NCBI GenBank assembly: GCA_028694155.1
Contig: JAQUTY010000008.1
Location: 14,609-78,608 of the forward strand
Length of the DNA: 64,000 nucleotides
Direction: 5' to 3'
Origin: Eubacteriales bacterium
GTDB taxonomy: Bacteria; Bacillota; Clostridia; Christensenellales; CAG-138
The notes under the pieces were generated by a model, which was given only the letters and a program-made list of their open reading frames with translations, did not search any database and was not told the origin of the DNA. Position 1 is the first letter of the stretch. Each line of letters opens with the position of its first letter. A program made the position numbers and the translations under genes. Shown piece by piece: positions 30,408-39,931 of this stretch.

Positions 30408-30962
30408 TTATACGGCAGTGCCGTATTCCTCTTCGAGGATTACAAGTGTGCCGTCAGAGTCGTGTGCCGCTGCTTTTAGCTCGGCATCGATTACGGTTGC
30501 GTCATCCGGCTTGAAAGCCAAAGAAAAGCCATTCTGAGCCGTAGCAACGAGCGTCACTCGGAATTTATTCCCGTCCGTCTTCGTATGCACGAAGCGGAAC
30601 AGGTGCTGCGTAAGCTCGATAGCTCCGGCCTTTCCCAGTGTCAGAGTGCGCTTGTGCGTAGTCTCATCGTCTACATATGTGCCGGATGCCGACAGCAGCT
30701 CAAGTGTCTGTAGGTCCCACGTCATAAGCCCGGACTTGAAGGTTACATCCTCCTTTACAAGGAAGGTTTTTATAACCTTACGAAGGTCGTCAAAAACCTC
30801 CTTCAGCTCCGGCTTGTACTCAAGAGTTGCGCCGGACTTTATGTAGCCCGTTCGATTGGTTGCAATCTCGATGTCGGCGTGTGTGGGAATCGTTCCCGTA
30901 AATGCCATGTGATACAGCTCGCCAGAACCTAAGCGAATCTCATCAACAGTTTCATTGTTCAT
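30408..30962 (-). CDS. Major tail tube protein
   Basis: LGSGELY, GYIKSGATLEY, FSLAF...TVIDAE; position. Confidence 0.75.
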   Translation of the reverse strand: MNNETVDEIRLGSGELYHMAFTGTIPTHADIEIATNRTGYIKSGATLEYKPELKEVFDDLRKVIKTFLVKEDVTFKSGLMTWDLQTLELLSASGTYVDDETTHKRTLTLGKAGAIELTQHLFRFVHTKTDGNKFRVTLVATAQNGFSLAFKPDDATVIDAELKAAAHDSDGTLVILEEEYGTAV

Positions 30963-30965
30963 GTG

Positions 30966-31325
30966 TTACTCCTTTCCCGTTAGGGTGAAATATAGTAGTG
31001 TGTGGTGCATTTGGCGGACTTCATCATAGAGCTGCCCGCCGCCCGTAAGTATGGACTTTGTGATATTTCCAATGGGTCGATCGCCAAAGGTGAGCAAAAG
31101 TCGTTTTAGTGCCGCCTCGGTTCTTCGGCAGTCGCCGAGATTAGTGCATATGACGGTGAGCTGCAGCCTTGCCGTTTGTACGCTTTCCGAGGCTGAGAGC
31201 GTGTAGTACTCGTAGACTATGCATGGTCCTGTGAGCGTCGAACGGACTGGATATAGGAACCCTTGACCGAAGATATCGGTCAGCTCCTCATCCTGCGCAA
31301 GCAGGGCGATTATCCCTTCAAGCAT
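30966..31325 (-). CDS. Tail terminator protein
   Basis: Size and position in neck module; PCIVY, RLQLTV. Confidence 0.6.
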   Translation of the reverse strand: MLEGIIALLAQDEELTDIFGQGFLYPVRSTLTGPCIVYEYYTLSASESVQTARLQLTVICTNLGDCRRTEAALKRLLLTFGDRPIGNITKSILTGGGQLYDEVRQMHHTLLYFTLTGKE

Positions 31326-31765
31326 TGCTGTATCACCTCATCCATCTTAGCCTTCAGCTCCGGCATACGCTCATCTACAGCGTCTCGCAAAAACGGCTGG
31401 GGCTTTTGCCCCCAAGTCCAGTGTTCTACACCTTTATCATCGGTATATCCCCAGCCGCCTTGGCGACCTTTGCCATTCTCAGCGTATATGCCCGTACCTT
31501 CGTGGACGTAGGGGGCGTACCCGCCCTCTACATTCGCAACGACTCTGCCTATGACTCGCCCGTCCTCAAGCTTTACCTCGGTTTGAATGCTTTTCTTCAA
31601 ATCGCCGCCCGGATCCGGGCCGACCGGACATTTATCCTTAGCGGTCTGCTCAATCATGAAGCAGCACTCGCGTACCGCCTTTTTGGCGGCTTCGATGAGC
31701 AGCTCGTCCGCTAGCTTATTGAGGCTCGGAGTCAACGTGTCCTTTATCGTCACCTTGATTCTCAT
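31310..31765 (-). CDS. HK97-gp10 family tail completion protein
   Basis: AK..CPV..G.LKKSI, YAPYVHEGT, QPFLRDA motifs. Confidence 0.85.
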   Translation of the reverse strand: MRIKVTIKDTLTPSLNKLADELLIEAAKKAVRECCFMIEQTAKDKCPVGPDPGGDLKKSIQTEVKLEDGRVIGRVVANVEGGYAPYVHEGTGIYAENGKGRQGGWGYTDDKGVEHWTWGQKPQPFLRDAVDERMPELKAKMDEVIQQCLKG

Positions 31766-32070
31766 GGTGCATCCTCAACCAAGCTGAGATCCAGCACCGT
31801 GCGGGGAGCTGTCGCCGGGATATAGTCCACCTTGTAGCGACGGCCGGCTTGGACAAGGATATCGCCTCGCTGGATATCCGCTTCATCTGTGATGCCAGTG
31901 TGGGTGCTGTTCACTGATATAACGCTGCTCATGGTCTGCGGCGAACCGCTGCGGGTGGAAATGGCAACAAGAATCGTCCTCAATGGCTGATGCTCCATTC
32001 TCGTATCGCCGTATGCATCTCGGGTCGGTACAGCTCTGTGCTGCTCCGCCAGCTTCATGTGTTGTATCAT
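31762..32070 (-). CDS. Head closure / head-tail adaptor
   Basis: DAYG, GD.L...GRRYKV; position; start codon uncertain. Confidence 0.6.
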   Translation of the reverse strand: MIQHMKLAEQHRAVPTRDAYGDTRMEHQPLRTILVAISTRSGSPQTMSSVISVNSTHTGITDEADIQRGDILVQAGRRYKVDYIPATAPRTVLDLSLVEDAP

Positions 32071-32369
32071 ATGGCTCTGCACCTCCTGTATCGCTGCAGC
32101 TGCTTTACAATGGCGGCGGGATAGCCGTCTATATAGCTGTCGGATACTCCCGAAAAGCTCTGTCCGCCGTTGGACTCGGTCCCTCTGCGGTCATACGCTA
32201 TACACGCCATCTTCACAATGAGCTGTTCCGCCGAAGCGGGTACGGCGGATTGCCCGGTGTAGTCCAAGAACTCTGTCTCCGCCTCGGCAAGCAGCATTTC
32301 CAGCAGCTCAACAGATGCGGCATCCGCCCGAGGCGAAAGCCGCACCCTCATATCTTCTGCCCTTGCCAT
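32067..32369 (-). CDS. Head-tail connector (SPP1 gp15-like)
   Basis: AYDRRGTE...S.SY...L.RYR motif. Confidence 0.75.
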   Translation of the reverse strand: MARAEDMRVRLSPRADAASVELLEMLLAEAETEFLDYTGQSAVPASAEQLIVKMACIAYDRRGTESNGGQSFSGVSDSYIDGYPAAIVKQLQRYRRCRAI

Positions 32370-32373
32370 ATCC

Positions 32374-33468
32374 TTATGCCATCGGGACGCTTACGCCGTA
32401 GCCGACTGCTTTTACCTTCGAATCGCTGTCCAGCTCGACTACCTCGATAACAGCACCTGCTGCGGCGGTTATCTTAGTAGTGCCGCTGGTAAGTGAGGTG
32501 TATGCTGCCGCCGTACCGTCATCTCCATATGCTGCTCGGACAGAGGGATTGACACGGTACTTGAGCGTACCCGTGCTGCCCGTGACGGTCGCTACCGTCT
32601 TGCCGGAGTCCGATGCTCCTGTGGCGGCTGCACAGGCAACTGTCAGCACGGACGGCATATAGACGGCTCTGACTGCCGCTGCTCTCAGCACCTTGTGACC
32701 GAAGCACATACGCCCCTTGACTGCGCTTGCACCGATGTATTGGCTGTCGCCGTCAAGCGATACCACTTTGGGAGGCACTGAAAAAGCGTGGACTCGTGTC
32801 GCAAATCGGGGATGACCGAGGATAAAAGCGAGGTTCGCTGTATCGTCGTTCATCTCGAATACATTGTAGCCTGCTATCCTTCCGATTGCGCCGGTCTGCT
32901 GCACCGCATCTCCAAGATCGCTTGCCTTAGTAAACATCGGGCTTTTCAGCAGCAGTGCGTACCCATCGGGGGTGGCAAGCAAAAAACGCTTGCCGTCGTT
33001 GGGAATATTAGCCTTGATGTGCGCCTTGCGCTGATCTACAAGTGCATCGTAGATTGTGTCCTTGGTTTGCGAGCCGATACCTATTGCAGTACCCTGCGAC
33101 AGCAGGCAGCTTGCGCCACGGCTGTCCAGTGCCGACTGCAGGGCATATGCGCCGCTGTCCAGTCTCTCTGCGACTATACCGTCCGGCACTACCTCGGCGT
33201 CATATCCATCAATAATCTCATTGATAGCTACATCCTCGGTAATCGGAAGCGAAACATACTGTGTCGTTCCCGTGCCGGGTGCTATGCCCGTCGCCTTATT
33301 GTAATTGCCCGCAGTCACTTCCGTGTCTCTCACGGGGATCTTGACGACTCCCGCCTTGGGGTCGCCCTCGTAGTCATTGTTAAAGACTACGCCGTCTTTC
33401 AGCGCCATCTCCTTGCGAAGCTTTGCAAGGACAAGGCCGCTGTAGGATTCTCTTGCTTCATGAGCCAT
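32374..33468 (-). CDS. Major capsid protein with C-terminal Ig-like extension
   Basis: NNDYEG, VKIP, IGRIAGYNV, VKGRMCFGHKVLR; follows scaffold gene. Confidence 0.8.
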   Translation of the reverse strand: MAHEARESYSGLVLAKLRKEMALKDGVVFNNDYEGDPKAGVVKIPVRDTEVTAGNYNKATGIAPGTGTTQYVSLPITEDVAINEIIDGYDAEVVPDGIVAERLDSGAYALQSALDSRGASCLLSQGTAIGIGSQTKDTIYDALVDQRKAHIKANIPNDGKRFLLATPDGYALLLKSPMFTKASDLGDAVQQTGAIGRIAGYNVFEMNDDTANLAFILGHPRFATRVHAFSVPPKVVSLDGDSQYIGASAVKGRMCFGHKVLRAAAVRAVYMPSVLTVACAAATGASDSGKTVATVTGSTGTLKYRVNPSVRAAYGDDGTAAAYTSLTSGTTKITAAAGAVIEVVELDSDSKVKAVGYGVSVPMA

Positions 33469-33482
33469 ATCGTATTACCTCC

Positions 33483-34046
33483 TTAGATGGTCAAGCCCGG
33501 ATTGCGGGCTAAAAATGCGGACGTTACGCCGTCCTGCGCTGCGGCAGCATTGCCTGCCTTTGGGGTGGTCGTCCCTGCCAAGCGAGCCTCGACAGCTGCG
33601 TTTACGGCGGCGTTGAAAGTCTCCGCAAAGGCCGTGGTCTGTGCCTTGGTCGCCGTGGCGTCTGCGCCGATGAGCATCTCGGCAAATGTCGTTGGAATGT
33701 TCTTGGCGGCAAGTGCTTCGGTAGCTGCCGCCTTGAGCTGCGCCTTGGTCTGTGCCTGCTCAAGCTCCTGTAGCCTCGCCTTGGCTGCTGCCAGCTCTTC
33801 AACATTGCGCTGCTCTGCGGTCAGCCCTTCCTGCCTCGCCTTTTCGGCTGTTTCCTTTGTCCATCTTTCACGCTCGGCGGCAAGCGTCGCCTCATATTCC
33901 GCCTTGTACTTATCGTCCTTGATGAGTTCATCAAAAGACGGCTTCTGTTCCGCCACATTCGTAGCGTTGTTTTCCGCTGCTGCTCCTTCTGCCGCAGCTC
34001 TGTCGCCCGATGAGGGCGACAGCAGGGGAAATGGGTACTTAATCAT
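33483..34046 (-). CDS. Capsid scaffolding protein (DUF4355-like)
   Basis: Ala/Glu/Lys-rich coiled coil; FNAAVNAAVEARL...TPK. Confidence 0.75.
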   Translation of the reverse strand: MIKYPFPLLSPSSGDRAAAEGAAAENNATNVAEQKPSFDELIKDDKYKAEYEATLAAERERWTKETAEKARQEGLTAEQRNVEELAAAKARLQELEQAQTKAQLKAAATEALAAKNIPTTFAEMLIGADATATKAQTTAFAETFNAAVNAAVEARLAGTTTPKAGNAAAAQDGVTSAFLARNPGLTI

Positions 34047-34173
34047 GTGTAACCTCCTTAATGGTCGTTTAGTTGTGCATTGTTTCAATTCACGCCCTAA
34101 TGGGCGACTTTTGAGCAATCAAAAAACACCCCCGAAGGGGTGGATGGGATTCGGTTGGATTCAGTGTATTGGT

Positions 34174-34416
34174 TTAAAATAAAGCCGATAAATCTATTTC
34201 AGACTCCAAATACACAGCATCAACCTCGTAATCATTGGACACTTTAATATTCTTCCCGTTAAACGTATACATTTGAAATTCCGAGCCATCAACATCTACC
34301 AGCTTGGAACATATGACGATATTTTCAAGCCCATTTTCAATCCTTGCGCATAGTTCGAGAAACTTAGAGCCACTAGCTTTTTTAGCGTATGTGATGTCGT
34401 ACACTTTATTCATCAT
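34174..34416 (-). CDS. Putative immunity protein for the MuF toxin
   Basis: 80 aa, AT-rich, overlaps toxin stop; LVDVDGS...NDYEVDAV. Confidence 0.6.
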   Translation of the reverse strand: MMNKVYDITYAKKASGSKFLELCARIENGLENIVICSKLVDVDGSEFQMYTFNGKNIKVSNDYEVDAVYLESEIDLSALF

Positions 34417-35638
34417 TAAGTCCCAGCTCCTTATTAACGTTCTCGTTGGTTTTGCTCGCCGTTAGTAGTATGTCCGCAATTGCTTCGGCTCGTGACATTC
34501 TCTTTCGGCTCATTTTTGAGTCCACTAACTGTTCAAATGATAGCATCGGTCGGGTTGACTCTAGCTGCATCCTGAGTTCTTGGTCTTCCATCATGTCACG
34601 TGCCTTTGTCCTTAGCTCATTTCGCATTTCAAAGGCTTGCTTCGCTTGCTCCGCTGCGGGTAAATCTCGGTTAATGAGTGAAGGTATCTTTGCTACCTCT
34701 CCTACATAATACTCTCTGACCTCTTTATTGGTCATCTTAATTATATCATCTTTTGAAGCCTTTGCAAGTCCTTTTTCTTGATTTTCTGCGGGTTTCGGGG
34801 CTATATCACTCGATTTAGGAGCATTCTCACCACCGTAATACTGCTTAATCCGCTTGTCGTCGTTGAGGACGGGCGAGTAGCAGCAGCGGCAGCGGGGATG
34901 AACGGGAACACGAGGAGCATCATTTATTGGGTAGATGCCGCCGTTTTTGTAGGCTATATCAATGCACTCCCCACAAGCAATGCCTCCGGCGTCCAGCACC
35001 TGCACATATTCAAGCCCGCCCTCACGGTAGGACTGCATAGAGGCGTTGGCGTGTGCTGCGGATACCTCCGTCCTTACAAGGCGGTCGGCTACACTGTAGT
35101 CAACGTTATAATCACGAACGAGCTGCTTCTTTAGCTCGGACGGGCTTTTGCCCTGCACTATAATGTCTCCGATGTGCTTCTCAAGGTCATGGGCCAGTTT
35201 GTTGGTATTCTGCCAAATGCGTTTGCTGTAGTCCTCGCCGGACCAAGGGGTCTTTAGATAGGCGTCAATTAGATTCTGTGAAACGTGATTCCAATCGCCC
35301 TTGCCAAGCAGCTCTTCCATTGTCATGCCGAACGTGGACTTATAAGCCGCTCTGACCGCCTCATCCACGTATCGCTGCTGGGTAGTCATTATCACCTGCG
35401 CTCCGGCACGGGCATCTTTAATAATGCTCTGATACCTGCTGTATCGGTAAAGCTGTGTGCGTGTTAGGCTGTCTGCGCCCTTGTCCTGAATCTGCGCATA
35501 TAGCGCATCCACATCCTTGAGGAGCTTGTCCCGCTGCTCTACATACAGCTTTTGTATGAGCTTGGACTTTTCGGTGGCGTAGAGCTGCGCCCGTGCCTCA
35601 ATTCTTCTTACCCGCCTGTCCCAGTAGGTTTCCTCCAC
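34406..35638 (-). CDS. Minor head protein (MuF/SPP1 gp7) with C-terminal Ntox28-like toxin domain
   Basis: MuF motifs RLVRTE and P.HPRCRC; extra ~105-aa helical tail TNKEVREYY...EQAKQAFEMRNELRTKARDMM...SKTNENVNKELG. Confidence 0.75.
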   Translation of the reverse strand: MEETYWDRRVRRIEARAQLYATEKSKLIQKLYVEQRDKLLKDVDALYAQIQDKGADSLTRTQLYRYSRYQSIIKDARAGAQVIMTTQQRYVDEAVRAAYKSTFGMTMEELLGKGDWNHVSQNLIDAYLKTPWSGEDYSKRIWQNTNKLAHDLEKHIGDIIVQGKSPSELKKQLVRDYNVDYSVADRLVRTEVSAAHANASMQSYREGGLEYVQVLDAGGIACGECIDIAYKNGGIYPINDAPRVPVHPRCRCCYSPVLNDDKRIKQYYGGENAPKSSDIAPKPAENQEKGLAKASKDDIIKMTNKEVREYYVGEVAKIPSLINRDLPAAEQAKQAFEMRNELRTKARDMMEDQELRMQLESTRPMLSFEQLVDSKMSRKRMSRAEAIADILLTASKTNENVNKELGLNDE

Positions 35639-35639
35639 G

Positions 35640-36965
35640 TCACATCACCATCCCGGCTGCGGGTTCGGGCAGGGTGTAGCCCTCCTCGGCTTCCGCTTCG
35701 AGCCGTTCCTTTTCAGCGGCATAATCGACGTCTATGGGCAGCAGCCCTACCTGTGTCTCTCTTGACAGCAGATGCCCGATTTTGCCAAGATTATCCGCTA
35801 TCTCGGAGAAGTTGGCGGGTAAGTTTCTCTTGAAGCTCATGCTAATGCTCGTGTAGTCATAGGCCTGTCCTGTGAGAACTCTTAGAATGTTGCAAATCAG
35901 CTCTATGCGCCTTTGCAAGCCTTTTCTAAAGGCTCGCTCTTTCTTGCTTGTAGCGGTTTCAAGCCCCATGAGCTTATACTGCATGGCTACCCCCGAAGCG
36001 TTGCCGGCGAACTCCTCATCCGTCATAGCTGGGCATTTTGCGAACTTATGGATGTCCTTATCGAGCCGAGTTTTGAGTGCTTCGACGAACTCCGCCGACT
36101 GGTTCTTGGTGAGCCATGCGGCGTCCCCGTCGGTTGGGAGCAGGAGTACCTTGTTGCGTCTTAGTGCGCTCAGATCCTCCTCCTCGGTTCCCTCCATGCC
36201 TTTGAGGGCTAGGTATGCATCCGCAAAAGCCGAGTAGTCGTTGAGGGTATCGCTTTCCGCCTTATCATAGGCGTCTATAAGCGATATTACCTGCTCGAAG
36301 TCGCCTGTTGTAGCACTGTTATTAAAGTACGGGGAAATCGGCACCAAGCCAAAGGCATGAGGTATCGATTCACTCTCAACCCATAGTCCGCTGCTGGTTC
36401 GGCGGTATCGCCGTATATCCGCTGCGCTGTATACCTCCGCATATTCGGTAGTCTCGGAGGTGAGGATGTCTGCATCCACATAGTAGCGGATAGCGTATAG
36501 AAGCTCCTCCTCGATGCTCGTATCATATATGAGCATCATCTGCCGAGGGTCTATGCGCTTGTATCGGATTTTGCCATCGGTATCAATATACATCAGCTCT
36601 ATTCCAAGCCCGAAGATTGAGGCGTCCGTAGCCAGCTCGGCATTGGTTGCTCCTTCATCGTTGTAAGCGTTGATGCCGTTTAGAAGCTCCAACAGCTTAC
36701 TGTCGTCCTCGCCGGCTGAGTAGCTTACCTGCTCACCCATGAAGTAGCCCACATATATATCCGTGATGTAGCTGGCATACGGATGGGCGATGCGGTTGTG
36801 ATATAGCCCTGTATCCGATTCCAGGCTGCGCCTGTTTATCTTGTTCTTTACCATATAATAGTCCAGCAGCTTATCCATGCGTCTCACGTCGTAAGCCTTA
36901 TGCTGGGTGATATACTTGTCCATGCGTCCTACCGTCATGGGGATCTCCTTATCTAATCTGTACAT
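35640..36965 (-). CDS. Portal protein (SPP1 gp6-like)
   Basis: FEQVISLIDAYD, FAGNASGVAMQYK, FKRNLPAN motifs. Confidence 0.9.
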   Translation of the reverse strand: MYRLDKEIPMTVGRMDKYITQHKAYDVRRMDKLLDYYMVKNKINRRSLESDTGLYHNRIAHPYASYITDIYVGYFMGEQVSYSAGEDDSKLLELLNGINAYNDEGATNAELATDASIFGLGIELMYIDTDGKIRYKRIDPRQMMLIYDTSIEEELLYAIRYYVDADILTSETTEYAEVYSAADIRRYRRTSSGLWVESESIPHAFGLVPISPYFNNSATTGDFEQVISLIDAYDKAESDTLNDYSAFADAYLALKGMEGTEEEDLSALRRNKVLLLPTDGDAAWLTKNQSAEFVEALKTRLDKDIHKFAKCPAMTDEEFAGNASGVAMQYKLMGLETATSKKERAFRKGLQRRIELICNILRVLTGQAYDYTSISMSFKRNLPANFSEIADNLGKIGHLLSRETQVGLLPIDVDYAAEKERLEAEAEEGYTLPEPAAGMVM

Positions 36966-36974
36966 AGCTCCTCC

Positions 36975-38420
36975 TTAGAATCCAAGTGCGCTTTTACTAA
37001 TAGAACGTGCACGGCGATTGCCGGTCTGCATCTTTTCCGCAAGCCCTGTTGTAGCATCTGCGGCGTCATCGTGTTTGTTCTTGCCGCTGGCTTGATATGT
37101 CAGCATCGCCCGTGCGTAGTCCTTCCACCTGCTCATCCAGTCGGCTGGATAGATAATGTTCGCCATGACGAATGTTGAGTTGCTTAGTATCCTTGCCTGT
37201 TTGTTGGCTGTCTGGGAGAACCAGGCGACATACGTCCTGCGGGTTCTGTACTTATCCCAAAGCATACGTTCAACATTCCTTGCAAAGCCACGCCCGCCGT
37301 TGTTGGATTCGATATGCGCCGTCGCAACGTGCGTACTGTAGAGCTGATTCGCTACAAGTGGCTCGGTTACTTCCATAGGGGCGTCGGTGTACACTATATC
37401 CAGCACATACGCCCGTCCGTCGAGGATTCCGGCGGATATGCTGCACAAATAGTCACTGCCCGTGTCGGCAGTATCCGTATACGATATGATGCGCTCGAAC
37501 TTATCGGGCAGCTTATCATATGTCGATAGCTGCGTGTATAGCCGCCCCTGTATATCTACCGGCTCCTGCTGGTAGTTGGCTGCGGCTATGGCACTGCTTG
37601 TAAGCCCGCATATCTGCTGATAGCGTTCACGGCTCAAAAGCTCGGCACAGAGCATAGTGTCCGTGCCTTCATCATATGCAGGACGCATGAAGATGTACCA
37701 CTCGGCGGCGTCCTCGCTGTCGAGCAGCCGTCCGCATAGGTCTTTAGTGGACCAACGGGTCATGTTGACTATCTGCAGGCCACCCTCCTCGACGCGGGAG
37801 AGGAAGGTGTCGGTGTACCAGCTCCATTGGTCGTCAAGCACACGGTCGTTAAAGGCTTCCATGTCGTTCTTGATTGGGTCGTCAATAATCCCCATGCTGC
37901 AGCCCACGCCGGTTATGGTACCGCCGAAGCCCGCCGCCAAATAGCTGAAAAACTGACCTTCAAGGCTCCATATTTGTGTGCTGGCGTCACCGTACTTAAC
38001 TTTGGTGGCGGGGAAAATATCCGAGAAGATTGTCCACTTGGGGTCGAGCTTGGTCGCCGTGATATCGTCCCTTACTCCCTTGGCAAAGCGGCTTGCCAAT
38101 GTCTCGTTATACGAGACAGAGATAATGCGAGTTTCGTTGTTGCGTCCAAAGGCCCACTCGCAGAACATGGTTAGTATATAGCTCTTGCCATGTCGGGGCG
38201 GGATGTTTATCATGAGCTTCTTGTAGGGCGTCCCGTCCGCTTTTAATAGCTTGCCCTCATACAGAGCCTGCAGTGTAGTCGCCAGCTCGTTAAGATGGCG
38301 ACGGCTATCTTTATAAAACTTGGGATTACGCAGCTTGCAGTACTCCCAAAATGACTGTCGTGCTTTTAAGTATCGGGGGTCCGTCACCCCATCCGGGGCA
38401 ATCAGATCATTCAATTTCAC
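36975..38420 (-). CDS. Terminase large subunit
   Basis: PPRHGKS Walker A variant, IIDDPIK Walker B, YQQEP, HDDAADA nuclease motif. Confidence 0.93.
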   Translation of the reverse strand: MKLNDLIAPDGVTDPRYLKARQSFWEYCKLRNPKFYKDSRRHLNELATTLQALYEGKLLKADGTPYKKLMINIPPRHGKSYILTMFCEWAFGRNNETRIISVSYNETLASRFAKGVRDDITATKLDPKWTIFSDIFPATKVKYGDASTQIWSLEGQFFSYLAAGFGGTITGVGCSMGIIDDPIKNDMEAFNDRVLDDQWSWYTDTFLSRVEEGGLQIVNMTRWSTKDLCGRLLDSEDAAEWYIFMRPAYDEGTDTMLCAELLSRERYQQICGLTSSAIAAANYQQEPVDIQGRLYTQLSTYDKLPDKFERIISYTDTADTGSDYLCSISAGILDGRAYVLDIVYTDAPMEVTEPLVANQLYSTHVATAHIESNNGGRGFARNVERMLWDKYRTRRTYVAWFSQTANKQARILSNSTFVMANIIYPADWMSRWKDYARAMLTYQASGKNKHDDAADATTGLAEKMQTGNRRARSISKSALGF

Positions 38421-38580
38421 CGGTATTGCCTCCTGCTTTTCTAAAGTAGCGTTATTTGCCCGTTATCTTGCGTTATTTTGCGTTATGAGCGTATTAGTCG
38501 GGGAACTGGGCTATTCCTGCCCAAAAGCGGAAATAGCCCGTTTCAATCCCCTTTTCACTTACGGGGGATTGCTCCCCCTC

Positions 38581-39200
38581 TCATTGGGTTTTTAGTTGTT
38601 GTCTTGCCTTGCGGCAATAGTAGGCATCGATGTCGATTCCTATGTACCGGCGACGCTCCTGCGCAGCGGCAATACACGTTGCTCCCGACCCGCAGAAGGG
38701 GTCGAGGACTATGTCTCCCTCGCTTGTGGTTGCGGTGATAAGGCGGCGCATCAGCTCGATAGGCTTCTGCGTCGGATGTATCATCTGCGTGGACGGCAGC
38801 TTGGCGACACGCTGTACGTCAGTAGGCCGTGCTGCGGAGCAAATTGTGCCTTAGTGTTTCCCATGCCGTGACTGGCCTTGTCCCATACTATGCATGAGCG
38901 CACAGTGAGATCGGCCCACTCGATTGCTGCTTTCCAGTCGCCCAGCACATCCCATCTTGTGAAGCAGAGAAGTCCGCCATCCTCTTTGAGGATGCGGGCA
39001 GCCTCATGCAGCCACCATATATAGGGATGCTTGTCGCCAGCCACCTGCTGATTGTGCAGTGCTTGATTTTTAGACTTGTAGCTGATTCCATATGGCGGAT
39101 CCGTCAGTATAAGGTCTATGCTCTCCGCTGAGAGCATCGGGAGTAGCTTCATGCAATCCGCATGATAGATGTGGTTCGATGTTACTTCGGGCTTGATGTT
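38581..39200 (-). pseudogene. Beta-class N4/N6 DNA methyltransferase, split by frameshift/deletion
   Basis: TDPPY in one frame; HPTQKP and LDPFCGSG in another; junction near 38830; start uncertain. Confidence 0.8.
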
Positions 39201-39400
39201 TACCTTCTTTCCTTGTATTTGGGTTATATTATCGGCACACCGCCGTAACAAGCTTGCTGCCCCTTGTACGGGGCAGCTCTAGGAGGAGGAAGCGGCGACT
39301 GAGTCGCCGAGCGAAGCTGTGGGGGTAGGCTCCGCCATTTGGACGGGAACCCGTCCAAGGTTGAAAACTTTAATATAATCGCCGTTGCGCCTTGCCGAGA

Positions 39401-39931
39401 TTACTCAATCGACAGCTTGCTTAGGCTGCTTGGTATGAGGGGATAGTGTACACGCGCCTCCAGCTCTCCCAGCCGGATGGTTGCGGTCACTCGATGCTGC
39501 CTCGTATCTATCTTAATTACGTCTACCCCTTCGGGGATAGTGGACTCCAGCACTACAGCACCGTCTTGCTTGCTCCACGTGAGTGTCATAGGGTGCGAGG
39601 CTCCGTCAACCGTCATTTGCCGGATTACCTCTATCTGCTGTGCGGGTATCGGCTTAGGCATCTCGGTAGCCGTTTTTCCCAGCAGCCGAATTACGCTCCC
39701 AATATCCATTATCTTATGATATATGGCTGCTGTCAGCTCCTCGACTTGGATAAGTACGTAGGACGGTATCATCAGCCGCTCTCGCCTGTGCCACACGCCG
39801 CCTTGGCGATACAGAAGATGCTCGATCGGGACGCAGGTGTCCGTTACTCCATTGATTTTTGACACGTTTCGTGCAACGGTCTCCTCCTCACTGGGGATAA
39901 CATATAGGGCATACCAGCTATCTGTCGTCAT
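39401..39931 (-). CDS. NusG-paralog transcription antiterminator (LoaP/UpxY-like)
   Basis: WYALYV...EE, LMIPSYVLI, VIRLLG...PIP NGN domain; KOW-like C-terminus KIDTRQHRVT. Confidence 0.8.
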   Translation of the reverse strand: MTTDSWYALYVIPSEEETVARNVSKINGVTDTCVPIEHLLYRQGGVWHRRERLMIPSYVLIQVEELTAAIYHKIMDIGSVIRLLGKTATEMPKPIPAQQIEVIRQMTVDGASHPMTLTWSKQDGAVVLESTIPEGVDVIKIDTRQHRVTATIRLGELEARVHYPLIPSSLSKLSIE

